DNA from: Phoronis australis
Taxonomy: Eukaryota > Animalia > Phoronida
NCBI GenBank assembly: GCA_002633005.1
Contig: NMRA01000634.1
Location: 174,476-238,475, forward strand
Direction of reading: 5' to 3'
DNA length: 64,000 nt
This document shows, piece after piece, positions 50,601 to 62,080 of the stretch. Below the pieces are notes generated by a model. The model made no database searches. It was given only the letters and a program-made list of their open reading frames with translations, and was not told the origin of the DNA. The first letter of the stretch is position 1; each line of letters starts with the position of its first letter. The translations under genes and the position numbers were made by a program.

Positions 50601-52073
50601 ATATTGCTTAGTGAAGAGACGGTAACTAAATATAATATTGGAATACTAACAAATAGGTCTACATAATATACCACACTGAGTGGAGTGTTTAGGTGAGTCA
50701 CGTAAACAATCAACACCTGGTTTTAATGGTGTGTGGTCGGCACAGCAGACAACAGGTCAACGCTAAGCTCCGCCCACGTGTCAGCCATATTTGTTTTGGT
50801 CGTCTGTTGTGATTCACAAGTTCTCAAAAATGATTAAAATTACGCTGTAAACAAACAGGTATGTCATATTTTCTANGGACGACCTTTGGAGCCTGACGAC
50901 AAAAGGTAACCGGACTTTATATTGCTTAGTGAAGAGACGGTAACTAAATATAATATTGGAATACTAACAAATAGGTCTACATAATATACCACACTGAGTG
51001 GAGTGTTTAGGTGAGTCACGTAAACAATCAACACCTGGTTTTAATGGTGTGTGGTCGGCACAGCAGACAACAGGTCAACGCTAAGCTCCGCCCACGTGTC
51101 AGCCATATTTGTTTTGGTCGTCTGTTGTGATTCACAAGTTCTCAAAAATGATTAAAATTACGCTGTAAACAAACAGGTATGTCATATTTTCTAGACATGA
51201 AGTATTTGTTTCTAGTACATCAACAGAAATTTGAACATTATGACCGCGCATTCTAAACGAATTTTGACCTCAAGTGGCAATCGATGACCGCTTAACTAAA
51301 AAGTCGTTTTTCTCGGCTCCTGAATGGTGACAAGATTCTCGGGCCAATTTTTCTGCAACGCGTGGGTCAATTTTTACTAAAATTGCAGATTTGAAATCCA
51401 CTATACCTGACGTACAATCGCGTGCCAAGGTTTTTTGATGCATGGACTAGATTGCTACTTATTAGACGGAAAATGACCAAATGACAGAAGGTGGCGTGTT
51501 TGCCACAACTCACACGCAAAAAATACCATGAAATCAAGATCATAATGATTTTATAAATGTACTTGGTATGGATAAGTAGAATACTGCGTGAGGAAACAGT
51601 TGATAACATTCCCTGTGCATTTTGAAAAAAATCGAAGTAACAAAAATACAACATTTTAAAAAACGAACTACGATAAAAACGTTTTTTCGATTTTTGTCAC
51701 TTTCAGAAACATGTCTAACTAATTAACACCCCTTTTATACTTATTTTATATAGGAACCTGGAGATTTGACAGTTTATACTCCCCCTTAATTAAGGATATC
51801 AAAAGTGCTGACTCCTCAAACTGGAAACTACACAGCGTTTACAATTGTACGAGGTTCGCTGGGCCATGCATGCACTCAACCATAAAATCAAGTTCATAGA
51901 ATGATTTCATAACTTCGTTGCATGGTTAGATTCGTTGCTGCAAGATTCACTACTAGCAAAAATTCTCAAGTCTATGTCAACCTTACCCTCACACGATGCG
52001 TTGGGATGCCTTGCAGATTCTTCGCCCATTCTGGCGGTTCAAACTTCACGAGTTCGTTATATACGGCAGCCAT
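38585..52073 (-). CDS. D-cysteine desulfhydrase / ACC deaminase family PLP-dependent enzyme, 9 coding exons, 370 aa
   Basis: Exons on the minus strand: 52073-51987, 46834-46724, 46516-46358, 45575-45439, 45052-44953, 41875-41775, 41452-41289 (second copy 40286-40123), 39362-39222, 38697-38585. All introns are GT-AG with compatible phases; total 1113 nt. Motifs: [18 protein letters not shown] (PLP lysine), [49 protein letters not shown]. Confidence 0.93.
38860..38973. repeat. Short dispersed repeat with an inverted copy at 47655-47762
   Basis: GCTAGATTTTAGCTAGGTCCTA...GAACGCACGCC matches the reverse complement of GGCGTGCGTTC...TAGGACCTAGCTAAAATCTAGC. Confidence 0.6.
39222..39362 (-). CDS. D-cysteine desulfhydrase-like exon 8 (complete copy)
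   Basis: ttctag|(E)[46 protein letters not shown]|gtaaac. Confidence 0.93.
40123..40286 (-). CDS. D-cysteine desulfhydrase-like exon 7 (copy B, probable allelic duplicate)
   Basis: Same exon with D>G and C>S changes plus one synonymous change; lies in the 1.16-kb duplication around N40440. Confidence 0.8.
40441..40524 (-). CDS. D-cysteine desulfhydrase-like exon 8 (copy A, cut off by the N at 40440)
   Basis: [28 protein letters not shown] followed by the N. Confidence 0.75.
41289..41452 (-). CDS. D-cysteine desulfhydrase-like exon 7 (copy A)
   Basis: ctgtag|(K)[54 protein letters not shown]|gtatgg. Confidence 0.9.
41775..41875 (-). CDS. D-cysteine desulfhydrase-like exon 6
   Basis: aacaag|[33 protein letters not shown]|gtaagt, containing the glycine-rich phosphate-binding loop. 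Confidence 0.92.
42325..42853. repeat. Copy of the 8605-9199 family, inverted
   Basis: Reverse-complement match to about 8690-9100; ends GGGAACCAGCGAGA. Confidence 0.65.
43784..44143. repeat. Copy of the 8605-9199 family, direct
   Basis: Matches 8817-9199; ends GCACGCAGGGAACCAGCGAGA. Confidence 0.65.
44953..45052 (-). CDS. D-cysteine desulfhydrase-like exon 5
   Basis: cttgtag|(K)[33 protein letters not shown]|gtatgt. Confidence 0.9.
45439..45575 (-). CDS. D-cysteine desulfhydrase-like exon 4
   Basis: tttcag|[45 protein letters not shown]|gtaagt, phase 2 out. Confidence 0.9.
46358..46516 (-). CDS. D-cysteine desulfhydrase-like exon 3
   Basis: ttttcag|[53 protein letters not shown]|gtaatt. 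Confidence 0.93.
46724..46834 (-). CDS. D-cysteine desulfhydrase-like exon 2
   Basis: tttccag|[37 protein letters not shown]|gtactt. Confidence 0.93.
47951..48101. mobile_element. 151-bp MITE with 5-bp direct flanks (GGAAC), in intron 1 of the enzyme gene
   Basis: GGAAC|CAGTGGCGGAT ... ATCCGCCCCTG|GGAAC. Confidence 0.7.
50600..51193. other. Tandem 276-bp copies around N50876
   Basis: 50600-50875 versus 50918-51193, with 41 bp of unrelated sequence after the N. Confidence 0.8.
51987..52073 (-). CDS. D-cysteine desulfhydrase-like coding exon 1
   Basis: [29 protein letters not shown]|gtaagg. The PPxWA motif is typical of eukaryotic members. The ATG is directly preceded by AG, suggesting an upstream UTR intron. 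Confidence 0.85.
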
Positions 52074-53577
52074 CTAGATGATATCCTAACCGAACACGTT
52101 TCGACAGACTAAGAGGTCAGACTTATATAGTTGCCTATGTGTTGACCCTGATCCCAGCGCAAAGGATTTTAAATACCGTAAAATGTGTGACACCTAACTT
52201 CGCTCTGGTCCTTATCAGTGAAGGCGGCAGAAAGGCGAGATAACAGCTGGGCAGACGATACATCGAGGCCCAAGCAATTGTCGTTGGCGTGAAGTGTTTG
52301 ACCTTGCCTATGCTGTAAGTTCCGCTCTACAAAAGGATCCATGTTTGCACCGTGATAACTCTACGGAAGGGTTTCATATTTTATCTGGTGAATACAACGC
52401 AAGACCCGATAATGGCAGGCAACAAAATTTGCTATACCGCCGGTATGCTTTTTTAGTATTACATGAACATGTTTTTCTCTGTGTCACCAGTCCTCACGAG
52501 AGACAATGTTGATTGATTAGGGTGTTCTCTCATTCCTCACTCGATATCTCATGGTCCATAGTTTGAGGACGCTTGCTTACGCAATAGGCTAATACAAACT
52601 CTGGACGAGACAAAACACACATTGCATTATGTCAGCATGAACAAAATATCTCAAGTTACAAGATGCCGCATTAATAAGTCAAAACACAGATTCCCTGCAT
52701 TCATTTATTTACATGCGTTTTGATTATGGCTTGAGCAAGACAAATCAGAACTTGCATATATGCACATGGAGTTATAAACAACTCATACCATAAGTCTGGA
52801 GACGATTCAGTCAAGATAATTTGAACAAATCGACGAAAATCTGTCGCGGTTTGCTCGAGTTTCTTTTACCGGGTGCCATTTTGAGGAAGTTACGCGAAAT
52901 CACGCATGTTGACGAATAAAAAGTCTAAGGACAGAAATTAAATCTTACAAATTTCACCTGATACCTTCTCATGCTAGTTTGCAAGTGTCACGCGCTAGCG
53001 TCACGCGCTTCGCTCAGTCTCGCGCTAGCCTTTACCTAACTCACGTGACTCAGTTGACAAACTTTGAGGTAATCTCGCGCGTGGTGAAAAATTTAACGGC
53101 AACCAAAAAAGTGGAGTAGGAATTCTTCGACAAAGTCAACTTAATTCTTACAACTAAACTTCATCGAAGATATGTATAAAAGTAGAAAGGACCAATGAAC
53201 GGAAGAAAGTAAGCGTTTTTAAGTGATAATTTTAAATGTGGAATGTATTTTCGACGAGGTGAAAACTCAAAGTTGGTGGCCGGATTTGGCCTACCGCCTG
53301 TTTAAAGTACATGGAACGAAATGCGTACAGAAAGCGATGGCAAGTATTGTAGCCCTTAACCGACCAACCGAGGGGCTACGTGTTGCCTACCTAATTGTAT
53401 GGCCTACCCATCCGAAAGCAACGTGTTTGCCGCAAACATGTAGCAGGATCTTTGCAGGAGTTTGCAGCTTGTCGCAACGCAGGAGTACAAGAAGGTTACG
53501 GTAAATTTAGTTCTTGGTGAAAGTGGTGGCAATGAAATAATACAGAGGTGCCTTAAAAAAGTGTTGCGGCAAAACAG

Positions 53578-54611
53578 CTTAGTGATAGTCTGATAGCTCA
53601 AAATTCAAAATAGAATGTCGCATCCGGATGAACACTTGATACTCAAGCTCTGGGATTTTGAAGTAAAATAATGTTAGAATTCAGTCATAAGTAGTGAGAA
53701 ATGCCTCATGGTGGTGTTTTTGAGAAGTAACCACACCTTAGTAATTACTAGACGTAGCCAACCGTGGATGACTGAACCAAAACAATACCGCTTTGTATGA
53801 AGATTAGACTGCAGCCTGAGATTGTCTAGTTCGTTGTGGTCCAGCAGACGGTCAATTACATGATTTTCGGCATTTTGGTAAAATGAGTAAAAAACGAATT
53901 GTTGCAAACAAAAATAAAATGATAATCATCATCAGCTTGCAACATACAACCCATCGTAGAGTTCAATAGCTGTCTCGCGGTGAGAATATCTAGCTCATCA
54001 GGCGTTCTCATTAAAATTACACTGAAACATCTCGCGCAATCTCGCGAGATCTTGTTCTTCGAAGTGCTAGTTCATAGGCGGATTTAGGGGGGCCAGGGGG
54101 CCTACCCCCCCCCCCCNCTTAGTGATAGTCTGATAGCTCAAAATTCAAAATAGAATGTCGCATCCGGATGAACACTTGATACTCAAGCTCTGGGATTTTG
54201 AAGTAAAATAATGTTAGAATTCAGTCATAAGTAGTGAGAAATGCCTCATGGTGGTGTGTTTGAGAATTAACCACACCTTAGTAATTACTAGACGTAGCCA
54301 ACCGTGGATGACTGAACCAAAACAATACCGCTTTGTATGAAGATTAGACTGCAGCCTGAGATTGTCTAGTTCGATGTGGTCCAGCAGACGGTCAATTACA
54401 TGATTTTCGGCATTTTGGTAAATGAGTAAAAAACGAATTGTTGCAAACAAAAATAAAATGATAATCATCCTCAGCTTGCAACATACAACCCATCGTAGAG
54501 TTCAATAGCTGTCTCGCGGTGAGAATATCTAGCTCATCAGGCGTTCTCATTAAAATTACACTGAAACATCTCTCGCAATCTCGCGAGATCTTGTTCTTCG
54601 AAGTGCTAGTT
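53578..54611. other. Tandem ~495-bp copies around N54117
   Basis: 53578-54072 versus 54118-54611; the left copy runs into a MITE-like start and poly-C before the N. Confidence 0.8.
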
Positions 54612-56111
54612 AGAGTTATTGAACTTGATTCAGGCAAGCGCAGCATATCTGCAGCTTCGTCTCCAAGCTTCAAGAAGGCGTTGATTGGTTTAGTGGCTGA
54701 TTTTGTCCTTATCACTGGCTTGGGTCAATGAAACCCCTTGTTTGCACAGCTGTCTGAGACACATGAAAAATCATAATTCACAAAAATTACAGTCTATGGG
54801 GTTTCTCAAATGATGAAAAAGTTCAACAAAGCCGTGTCTTTTTTCCATGCTACCTCCACCGGAAAATGAGATCCAAAAAAAATACCAAAAAAGTAAACTG
54901 CGATTTTGACTTTCTGTATCTTAAATAACAAATTCACGACTGTCCTGTGCCGAGGATATACCATAATCCGAATGCCCTTTAACCCTAGATTCCAGACATT
55001 CAGGTTAAAATGTGTTATTACCAACTATATTTTTGACAATTTGGACTTGTCTGAAGGATACCTGGATTCGCCCCCAAGAATTCAACCCTGAATAACGGGT
55101 TGTGCTCTCAAAATGGTGACACTTTCGCCGTATCATAGAAGACAAAGCAGACCCATATCTGGACTCAATCTATTCAAAACAACTCTTTCAAAGAACTGTT
55201 TTTAACATTTGTTGCAATCATTTCCCATTTAGTCCACAAAACTGCCGTTAAGTTTAGTGACCCATCCCATTCCAGTTTTGCGGGGGACCTACACAGTTCT
55301 GAAGCGTGGTCTTACACCAAAAGGCCTAACCAATCAGCGCCGTCTTGAGGCTTGGGGACGAGGCTGAACATACCCATTGATCTTGACCCGGATGTGACGC
55401 CAGGTCACTAGGTGCGTAGTCTGACCTTTGACCTAAACAGCTTACATCTATCTCGGTGCAGGCTTGTGGATAACACAACAGTTAGCCACGTTCTGAGTTT
55501 GCGAGGTCTTGTTTATACAAACACAGCATTAAGACAGCAAATTTTTAGGTTTCACAAATGGTCTACTTCAGTAGTGAACTTGTGAAAGGTATATACCATT
55601 TTTTTAATTTTGATTCTAAAGCATCTTGCAAATGTGGTAATCTACTATTCCTTGACTATGTCACATCAGACACTGGACACCCGAAAACTTGATGATTAAA
55701 AGGATACCAACTCCTACTTTGGATTATTAACAGTTATTAAAAACAATTGATCTATCCAATTCTCTGAAACAAAACAATACACTGCAACCCCCGATAACAT
55801 TTAAAAGTTAGGAGGACATTTTGGAAACTCTTTTCAAAGTCTGCTCAACGGGCAAGCGTGACCAGCGCTTTTAGCCAATTACACGGAGAATGAAGGGAAA
55901 GTTCACCCACCAAGAACTATAATATCCAATCTCTGACATAGTGAGTATCAGTTTTAAGCTGATTCCTCTTTTATGGTTCAAGATTGATCCAATGACGCAT
56001 TAGCACGTGACAACGACGATTGGCTTAAATCATCAAAACAGGGTTTAGTACCTTTTAACCTGCACTCACCTGGTTTTGGCGACAAAGCAAAACGTCACTC
56101 TTTATCACATT

Positions 56112-57209
56112 AGAGAGGTTTCGCAAAGTGACGTGAACGTGAATTATCACGCATATGTAATTGTGCGTGCCGATTCACGTTACGGTAAGAAACATGGGTT
56201 TCGCAACTGCTAATTTTTTACTGCGGGTACATGAAAGTAAACGTGAACCAAATAACTGAGCTCAGGGTGTCCAGTTATCGTAGTGCAGTATCCGCTAGAT
56301 TACAAACTACTTACAAATCGCTCTGCGAATGCAACTTATTTTATTTTCATTCTCATAAGATCTAACACAAATCAATCAATTCAATTTATTCCAATTTTTT
56401 AGTTAATTTTGCGATGAGATTTAACATGCTGTGTTCTACAACTAGTCTCCCTCCCTTTTTATTGCTTTCCCATTTCAAGCCTCAGTTTCCTTTCTTTCTT
56501 CTTCATTTTATTCTTTTCCCGTTCCAGTGTTATCTCTTTCTCTCGTATTTCCAGCTCTGCTTCATGCTTTTCTTTGAGAAAGTTGATGGACATTCAGTAC
56601 AGTCTCTTGAAAGAACCATGTTTTGTTTAATTGTATTGTATTGTGTTGTATTGTATTTTTATTGTATTCCATTCTGCTACAGGTATGCCAGATGGGAATA
56701 TAATGTTGAATGTGAAAAAAGTCGTTTCTACAAACACCTGTGAAAAATTGTCAACTCTTAATTATAATGTGTAATTTATTTGCAGTTTAAAATATACATA
56801 AGCATGTAAATTAAGAATGAAGAAATTAACAATGAACACAAAATGATATCTGCTAGAATCCCTTCTAGTTCGATGATACCCAGCGAACCGCGACAGAGTA
56901 AGGATTTTGGAAAAAGGTCTTCGTTCAGCTAGACTTTAAGAACAATTAAAAAAGAATCGCGTTTGTTATATACTGAAGTAAAGAAGAAAGATTGAGAACC
57001 CTATCAAAATAAAAATCGTGTCGGTGTCTTGCCAAATAAGAATTAAAAAGGGCCTCAGGTTTCGCGTTTAAAGCGACGTGAATCTCCCTGTAATTACATA
57101 AAATACGCAAACAGTAACGGGATTACGTCACAGCCAACATTGGCGTATGTGTAGCGGAAATTATATATGCGGGATAATTCAAGTTCACGTCGCTTTGCGA
57201 AACCTCTCT
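56112..57209. mobile_element. Non-autonomous TIR element (PIF/Harbinger-like), ~1.1 kb
   Basis: About 50-bp TIR AGAGAGGTTTCGCAAAGYGACGTGAAC... with about 4 mismatches, flanked by ATT and AAT (AWT-type target). Superfamily assignment is tentative. Confidence 0.75.
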
Positions 57210-57599
57210 AATATAGCCTTTATTTTTAGATTAACATTCATAAACCTACTGAACGACACTCTTTCCTTTGTTGTCACCGGTTTAAAACACGGCAGACCTC
57301 ATTAACCAAAATATATTAAAATTTCAGACACGCATCTATTTGTGATTTTTACTATCATTGTTCAAGACTTCCAAAGTTAAATATATACACAAAACGTACC
57401 GAGAGTGGCGTACATGAATATCCCACGAGACATTATTCTGGGTGTTATCCCATACGCTCAGATTTCCTAAGTTTCTCTCATTTTTTTCCACATATTTTTT
57501 AAATACTTCACTCGAGACTGTTCGCATGGCGTATCATATCCTATATGTATGTACTTGCACGTTAGGTTGCAAGTTTACTCTAGTAAAAGAAACAGTTTT

Positions 57600-60500
57600 A
57601 ATTGTAACGATTTGTTACTTGAAAAGAGATATCAAAGATGAGCAATTGGATAAAAGTACATTGCTCTGGCCAAGGCAATGAAAATTCAGATATTTTTATA
57701 ATGTTTATTACGAAATCTCCGATACAATGAATGTACATAATCCAGAAAGCGCCAAGATGCATTATATATGGGTTAAAAAGGTACAAAGAAATCTATATAC
57801 AATTATTTTACACAAATACATAAAAAATCTATACAATTATTTTACACAAATTCATAAATTAAAAAAAACTGTTGCTAAGATTACAATGACATATGATTAC
57901 AAAAGTAAATAAATCATTTTCATACACATTTATACAATTCTATCCACTCACACAAAGAGATTTAATATTATAAAGAAATTTTGATACTATTTCGAATAAA
58001 ACCTTATTTTCATTTGGGTTGAGTTCTTGACTTCCATATAGAAAAAATGAATTTTGTTGTACACTTTTGGAATTTCAGAATATTTTTATAAATATTGGGG
58101 TATTGTTCGAGTGTCTGGAAAAGCTGTATCCTCTGCTCCTTGCATACCTCACAAGCAAAGAAAACATGAGCATTTGTCTGCGCGTCTCCACAGCAACACA
58201 GAGGCGAAATATTATTAAAAATTATGTCTAAATTTCTTGTTGTTTAGGAATAGGCCGCATCTTGATCTGTAAAGGATTATTTCGTGGTTGCGAGGAAGTT
58301 GGGACGACGTCAATGGGACTGGCAACTCTTGAGTATTAGTATGCATTTTAAAGTTATTTTTAGAGTGACGATTGAAGTGATTTCTTTTATTTTGGATGCT
58401 AAGGAATTCCAGTTGTCAATGCAAGTTAATAGGGTTGATTTCCTAAAGGCTTGGCTGAGGGAAGATGGAATAGTGTGCATATTTCTTTGCCGCAGTCCTG
58501 GGCCCGGTCTCTAATCTTTGTACTCAAAACGAACTCGAAACTATTTTTGGCAATTTCTCTGCTCCTTTTGTGCGAACTTAAGATAATTGGTTATCAAACT
58601 CTGCTCGAATACATTATAGTTTAAGCATAAGAGTTTCTAGTTCAAGTTTGCCCTTGAAGACCCTTATATTCGTGCTACAAACTCGAGTAAAAACTCGAAA
58701 TTTCGAGTTCAAACTCGAACTTATTGCTTTAATGTTGGGTTTACAAACTGTGAACTGAACTAAGGACAATAAATTATCTATGGAAGTTATTGTGTACTCG
58801 AGCATAGAATAATAGACACTTATCTTGAGTTCGCCCAAAAGTAGAGTAGAAAATGCCAAACCTAATTTCGAGTTCCATTTCGAGTAAAAAGATTGGAGAC
58901 CGGGCCCTGGTCTCGTGTTAGGTCTTTTGTAGGAGTCAAAGAGGATTTAGTTTGAGTAATTGTTGATGTTGGTCAAGACTTTGAATGTATACATGGACAG
59001 GTGGAGTTTACGACGGGTTGCTAGGTTGCTCCAGTTGAGACTGTTTAGAACCTTGATTGTGTTGGATCCTTTGTATGCTCCTGTTATGGCTAAAGCTGCT
59101 TGGTATTTGTAACCTTTCTAATTGAAGAAGTATGCCAGCGTTTACCGATTGGTAGATTATGTCAGAGTAATCTAGATGTGGAAGAACAAAAGACTTGAAC
59201 AGAATTTCAATGTGAATGGAGTTGAGATGACGAGAGACAATTCTAATTGGATTGATTAATTTTTGTACTTTGTGAACGAGTTCGTGACAGTGAGAAGTAA
59301 ATGTAAGCTTGTGGTCTAGTAGCAATCCAAGGTGTTTGTGTGTGAACTTATTGGGAATAACTTCCCCATTGAGAGATAATTCCAGCATTGGATTTGTTTG
59401 GAATTGAGTATTATTAGACTTAGAAAATATAAGATCAACACTTTTTTCAGGTTTAAATTTCATCTTACATTTGCAAGACCAGTCATAGAGTTTGTTTTAG
59501 GTCAGTTTGCAATTGTAAGGAGTCATGGGGATTCTCTTTTGAGAATGGGTAGAAAATTGCAGTGTCATCAGCATATAAGAATGTTTTAGACTTTATTGTG
59601 TCTGGAAGATCATTGATGTACAATAAAAAGAGTAAGGGGCCTAGTACGCTACACTGTGGTACTCCAGCATTTACGAAACCTGGCGTTGATGAGCGTGATA
59701 AGACACCCTCTATTCGGACTTTGTAAATTCGACATTCCAGATATGATTTTAAAAGTGAGAGGAGAGATCCGGAAAAACCGTAAGATTGTAATTTATGTAG
59801 AAGATCATGGGGAACGACATCAAAAGCTGAAGCAATGTCTAAGAATACGGATCTCACGTTGTGTCCTTGCTCAAACTGGAGGTGGATTTCGTGTACAATT
59901 TCTGTAAGTTGGGACACAGTGCTGTTACCAGGCATGAATCCGAATTGGCGACGATATATGAGGTTTTGTGAAGAGAGGTGGTCAAACATGTGTTGAGAAA
60001 CTGTTTTTTCTAAAATTTTGGATAAGGTGTTAAGTAGAGTTATGGGAACATATTTGGCAATGTCTGTTTTGGAGTTCTTTTTGTGTATTGGTATCATAAC
60101 ACCAAGTTTCCAGTTCAAAGGAAAGTTTCCAGATTGTAGTATTTTGTTATATAATGTTGTCAGAGGAACTGTAAGCTCACTTGCTATTATCTTAATCAGT
60201 TTATTGGTTATGAGATTGGTACCGTCGTTTTTGTTTTCGTCAATATTTTCTAGTAGTTTTCGGACTTCAGATGGTTGGGCTTGTATGTCAGAGAGATGTT
60301 CTAATGTTCTGTTTGGGAATTCGGGAAAGCTTGTTGTTGGTGCAACGTGACTCTTGGATGTGAAGTATTCTATAAATAACTTACTTTTTTCAGCTTTGGA
60401 TGACGCCTGAGTGTTGGATTCCTTTGAGTGGATGGTGGGGTATGAAGATTGCTTTACCTGTCCTCGAATTTTGTTTATTATATCCCAATATTCCTTTGAA

Positions 60501-61640
60501 CTTTTGGCGACATTGTTGATGTTGGAGATAATTTTCATCTTATAGTCTTGTTTCGTCTTTTTAATTAGTTTTTCCTCACTCTTGCACTGTTCTTTGTAGC
60601 ACTTAGAGGTACACGGGTTATTTGATTTTCTGAACGATCTGTACAGTTTGTTTCTTTTATTTATTTCAGTCTAAATGTTACTGTTAAACCACGGTTTGTT
60701 CTTGTTTTTTATTGTTTTCATGGTTGATGGGATAATATTATTCAGTATGTTGTAGAGTGACTGTGTGAATGTTGAGGCTGTGTCATTTATGTCACTTTTG
60801 CTCTGTATTTCGGTCCAGTTAAATGTGTCAGTGCGCAGTTTGTCCATGTTAATGAGGTTGTAATTCCAGATCTGTTTGATAACGTCTGGTTCTTTAGGTA
60901 AGCAGTTGAGTGTGAATGTTGTTTCTATAACGTGGTGGTCTGAGTTACCAATGGGAGGCCTTACAGAAGTGGATTCAATTAATTTGAGATTGTTACATGT
61001 AGTAATACATAAATCAAGGCAAGAATGTGAATACTATCCTAACGTGTCGGTTCGTTTATTAGTTGTACATTCATTAGTGAATACTCTCTTAAATGTGTCG
61101 GTTCGTTTATTAGCTGTACACAGTCATTTGAGAGGAGAATATCGAATAAGTCGAGACCAGCTTGGTTGTCATTGTCTTCTGAGTACCAAGTACTATTTCT
61201 TGCGTTGAAATCCCCGTTGATAACAATTGTTTTATTAGTTCGTGAGAGTTCTTGCAGTTGTTCTGCAAAGGTCGTGAAATATGCTTTCCTGTCATGGGAC
61301 GTCTGTGAGGGTGAGCGATAGAAAGAACCATAATATACCTTTTTGTGGTTGACATAAAGTTCTATTCAACAGTTATTCATTGATTGTATAATTTTATCAT
61401 CAATTGTTTCGTAATTTACGGAGTTGTGGACAAACAAGATCAACCCCCTCCCGGAGTTAGTGTGGTAGGCAATGTTGTATTCTGGAATAATAAGTGCACT
61501 GAGGTTGTCTTGGGACAGTGTTCCGGATTCACAAATGGCTATGACCATGTAATTGTTGTCTGTAATAAATTGCTTGAGAAGTTTTAATCTTGAAGGATTG
61601 TTCGCCTTGATACTATTGATGTTAGTGAATAAGACGTTGA
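57600..61640 (-). mobile_element. Decayed CR1-group LINE ORF2 (APE + RT + C-terminal Zn motif) with 3' UTR
   Basis: LFTNINSI..., [86 protein letters not shown], and C-terminal SPLCCCGDAQTNAHVFFAC. Frameshifted; boundaries approximate. Confidence 0.9.
58501..58906. mobile_element. Harbinger-like MITE nested in the LINE, 3-bp TSD CTG
   Basis: CTG|GGCCCGGTCTCTAATCTTT ... AAAGATTGGAGACCGGGCC|CTG. Confidence 0.85.
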
Positions 61641-61819
61641 AACTGGCAGATATTTCATATATATTTAATTATAGAGCCACCAGCATGCACGACTTTGCAC
61701 CGGATCAGATTGATATGCGATGGACAAAAGATGTACTACTTTCCAGAGAGATATCAGTTCCTGATGTAGAACACAGTTTATAAGAATTATTTGCTGAGCA
61801 GCAAATTAAACAGATTTAT

Positions 61820-62080
61820 GTTATGCTTTTTAAACTGCTGCTCCAACCTCATTTGAAAGATTTTAAGTATTATCACATTCTTAAATAAGTTTACACAAAA
61901 TATTTTTAAAGAAAATGAAAATAGTCCAAAATGACAAATGCTCATTTTGTGGAATCCTAGAAACTTTTAATCACTTGTTTTTGGAATGTGAGTATGTACT
62001 ACTTTCTTTTTGGAATAAATTACAAACTTGGATTTCAAACGTCGTTGGAGATAACCTGTTACTAGACACTTTCAGAATAA
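61820..62080 (+). mobile_element. L1/Tx1-like C-terminal zf-RVT fragment
   Basis: Frameshifted CSFCGILETFNHLFLECEYV..FWNKLQTWISN. Confidence 0.55.

Noticed and set aside
38585-52073. Bacterial contamination, or a true ACC deaminase (acdS)
   Set aside because: The gene has eight canonical introns, several containing animal transposon-type repeats, and lacks the E and L residues diagnostic for ACC deaminase.
53870-54715. ORF with CERC...EDDYHFIFVC as a host zinc-finger gene
   Set aside because: It resembles the C-terminal Zn motif of a LINE ORF2 and has no splice context; too weak to call either way.
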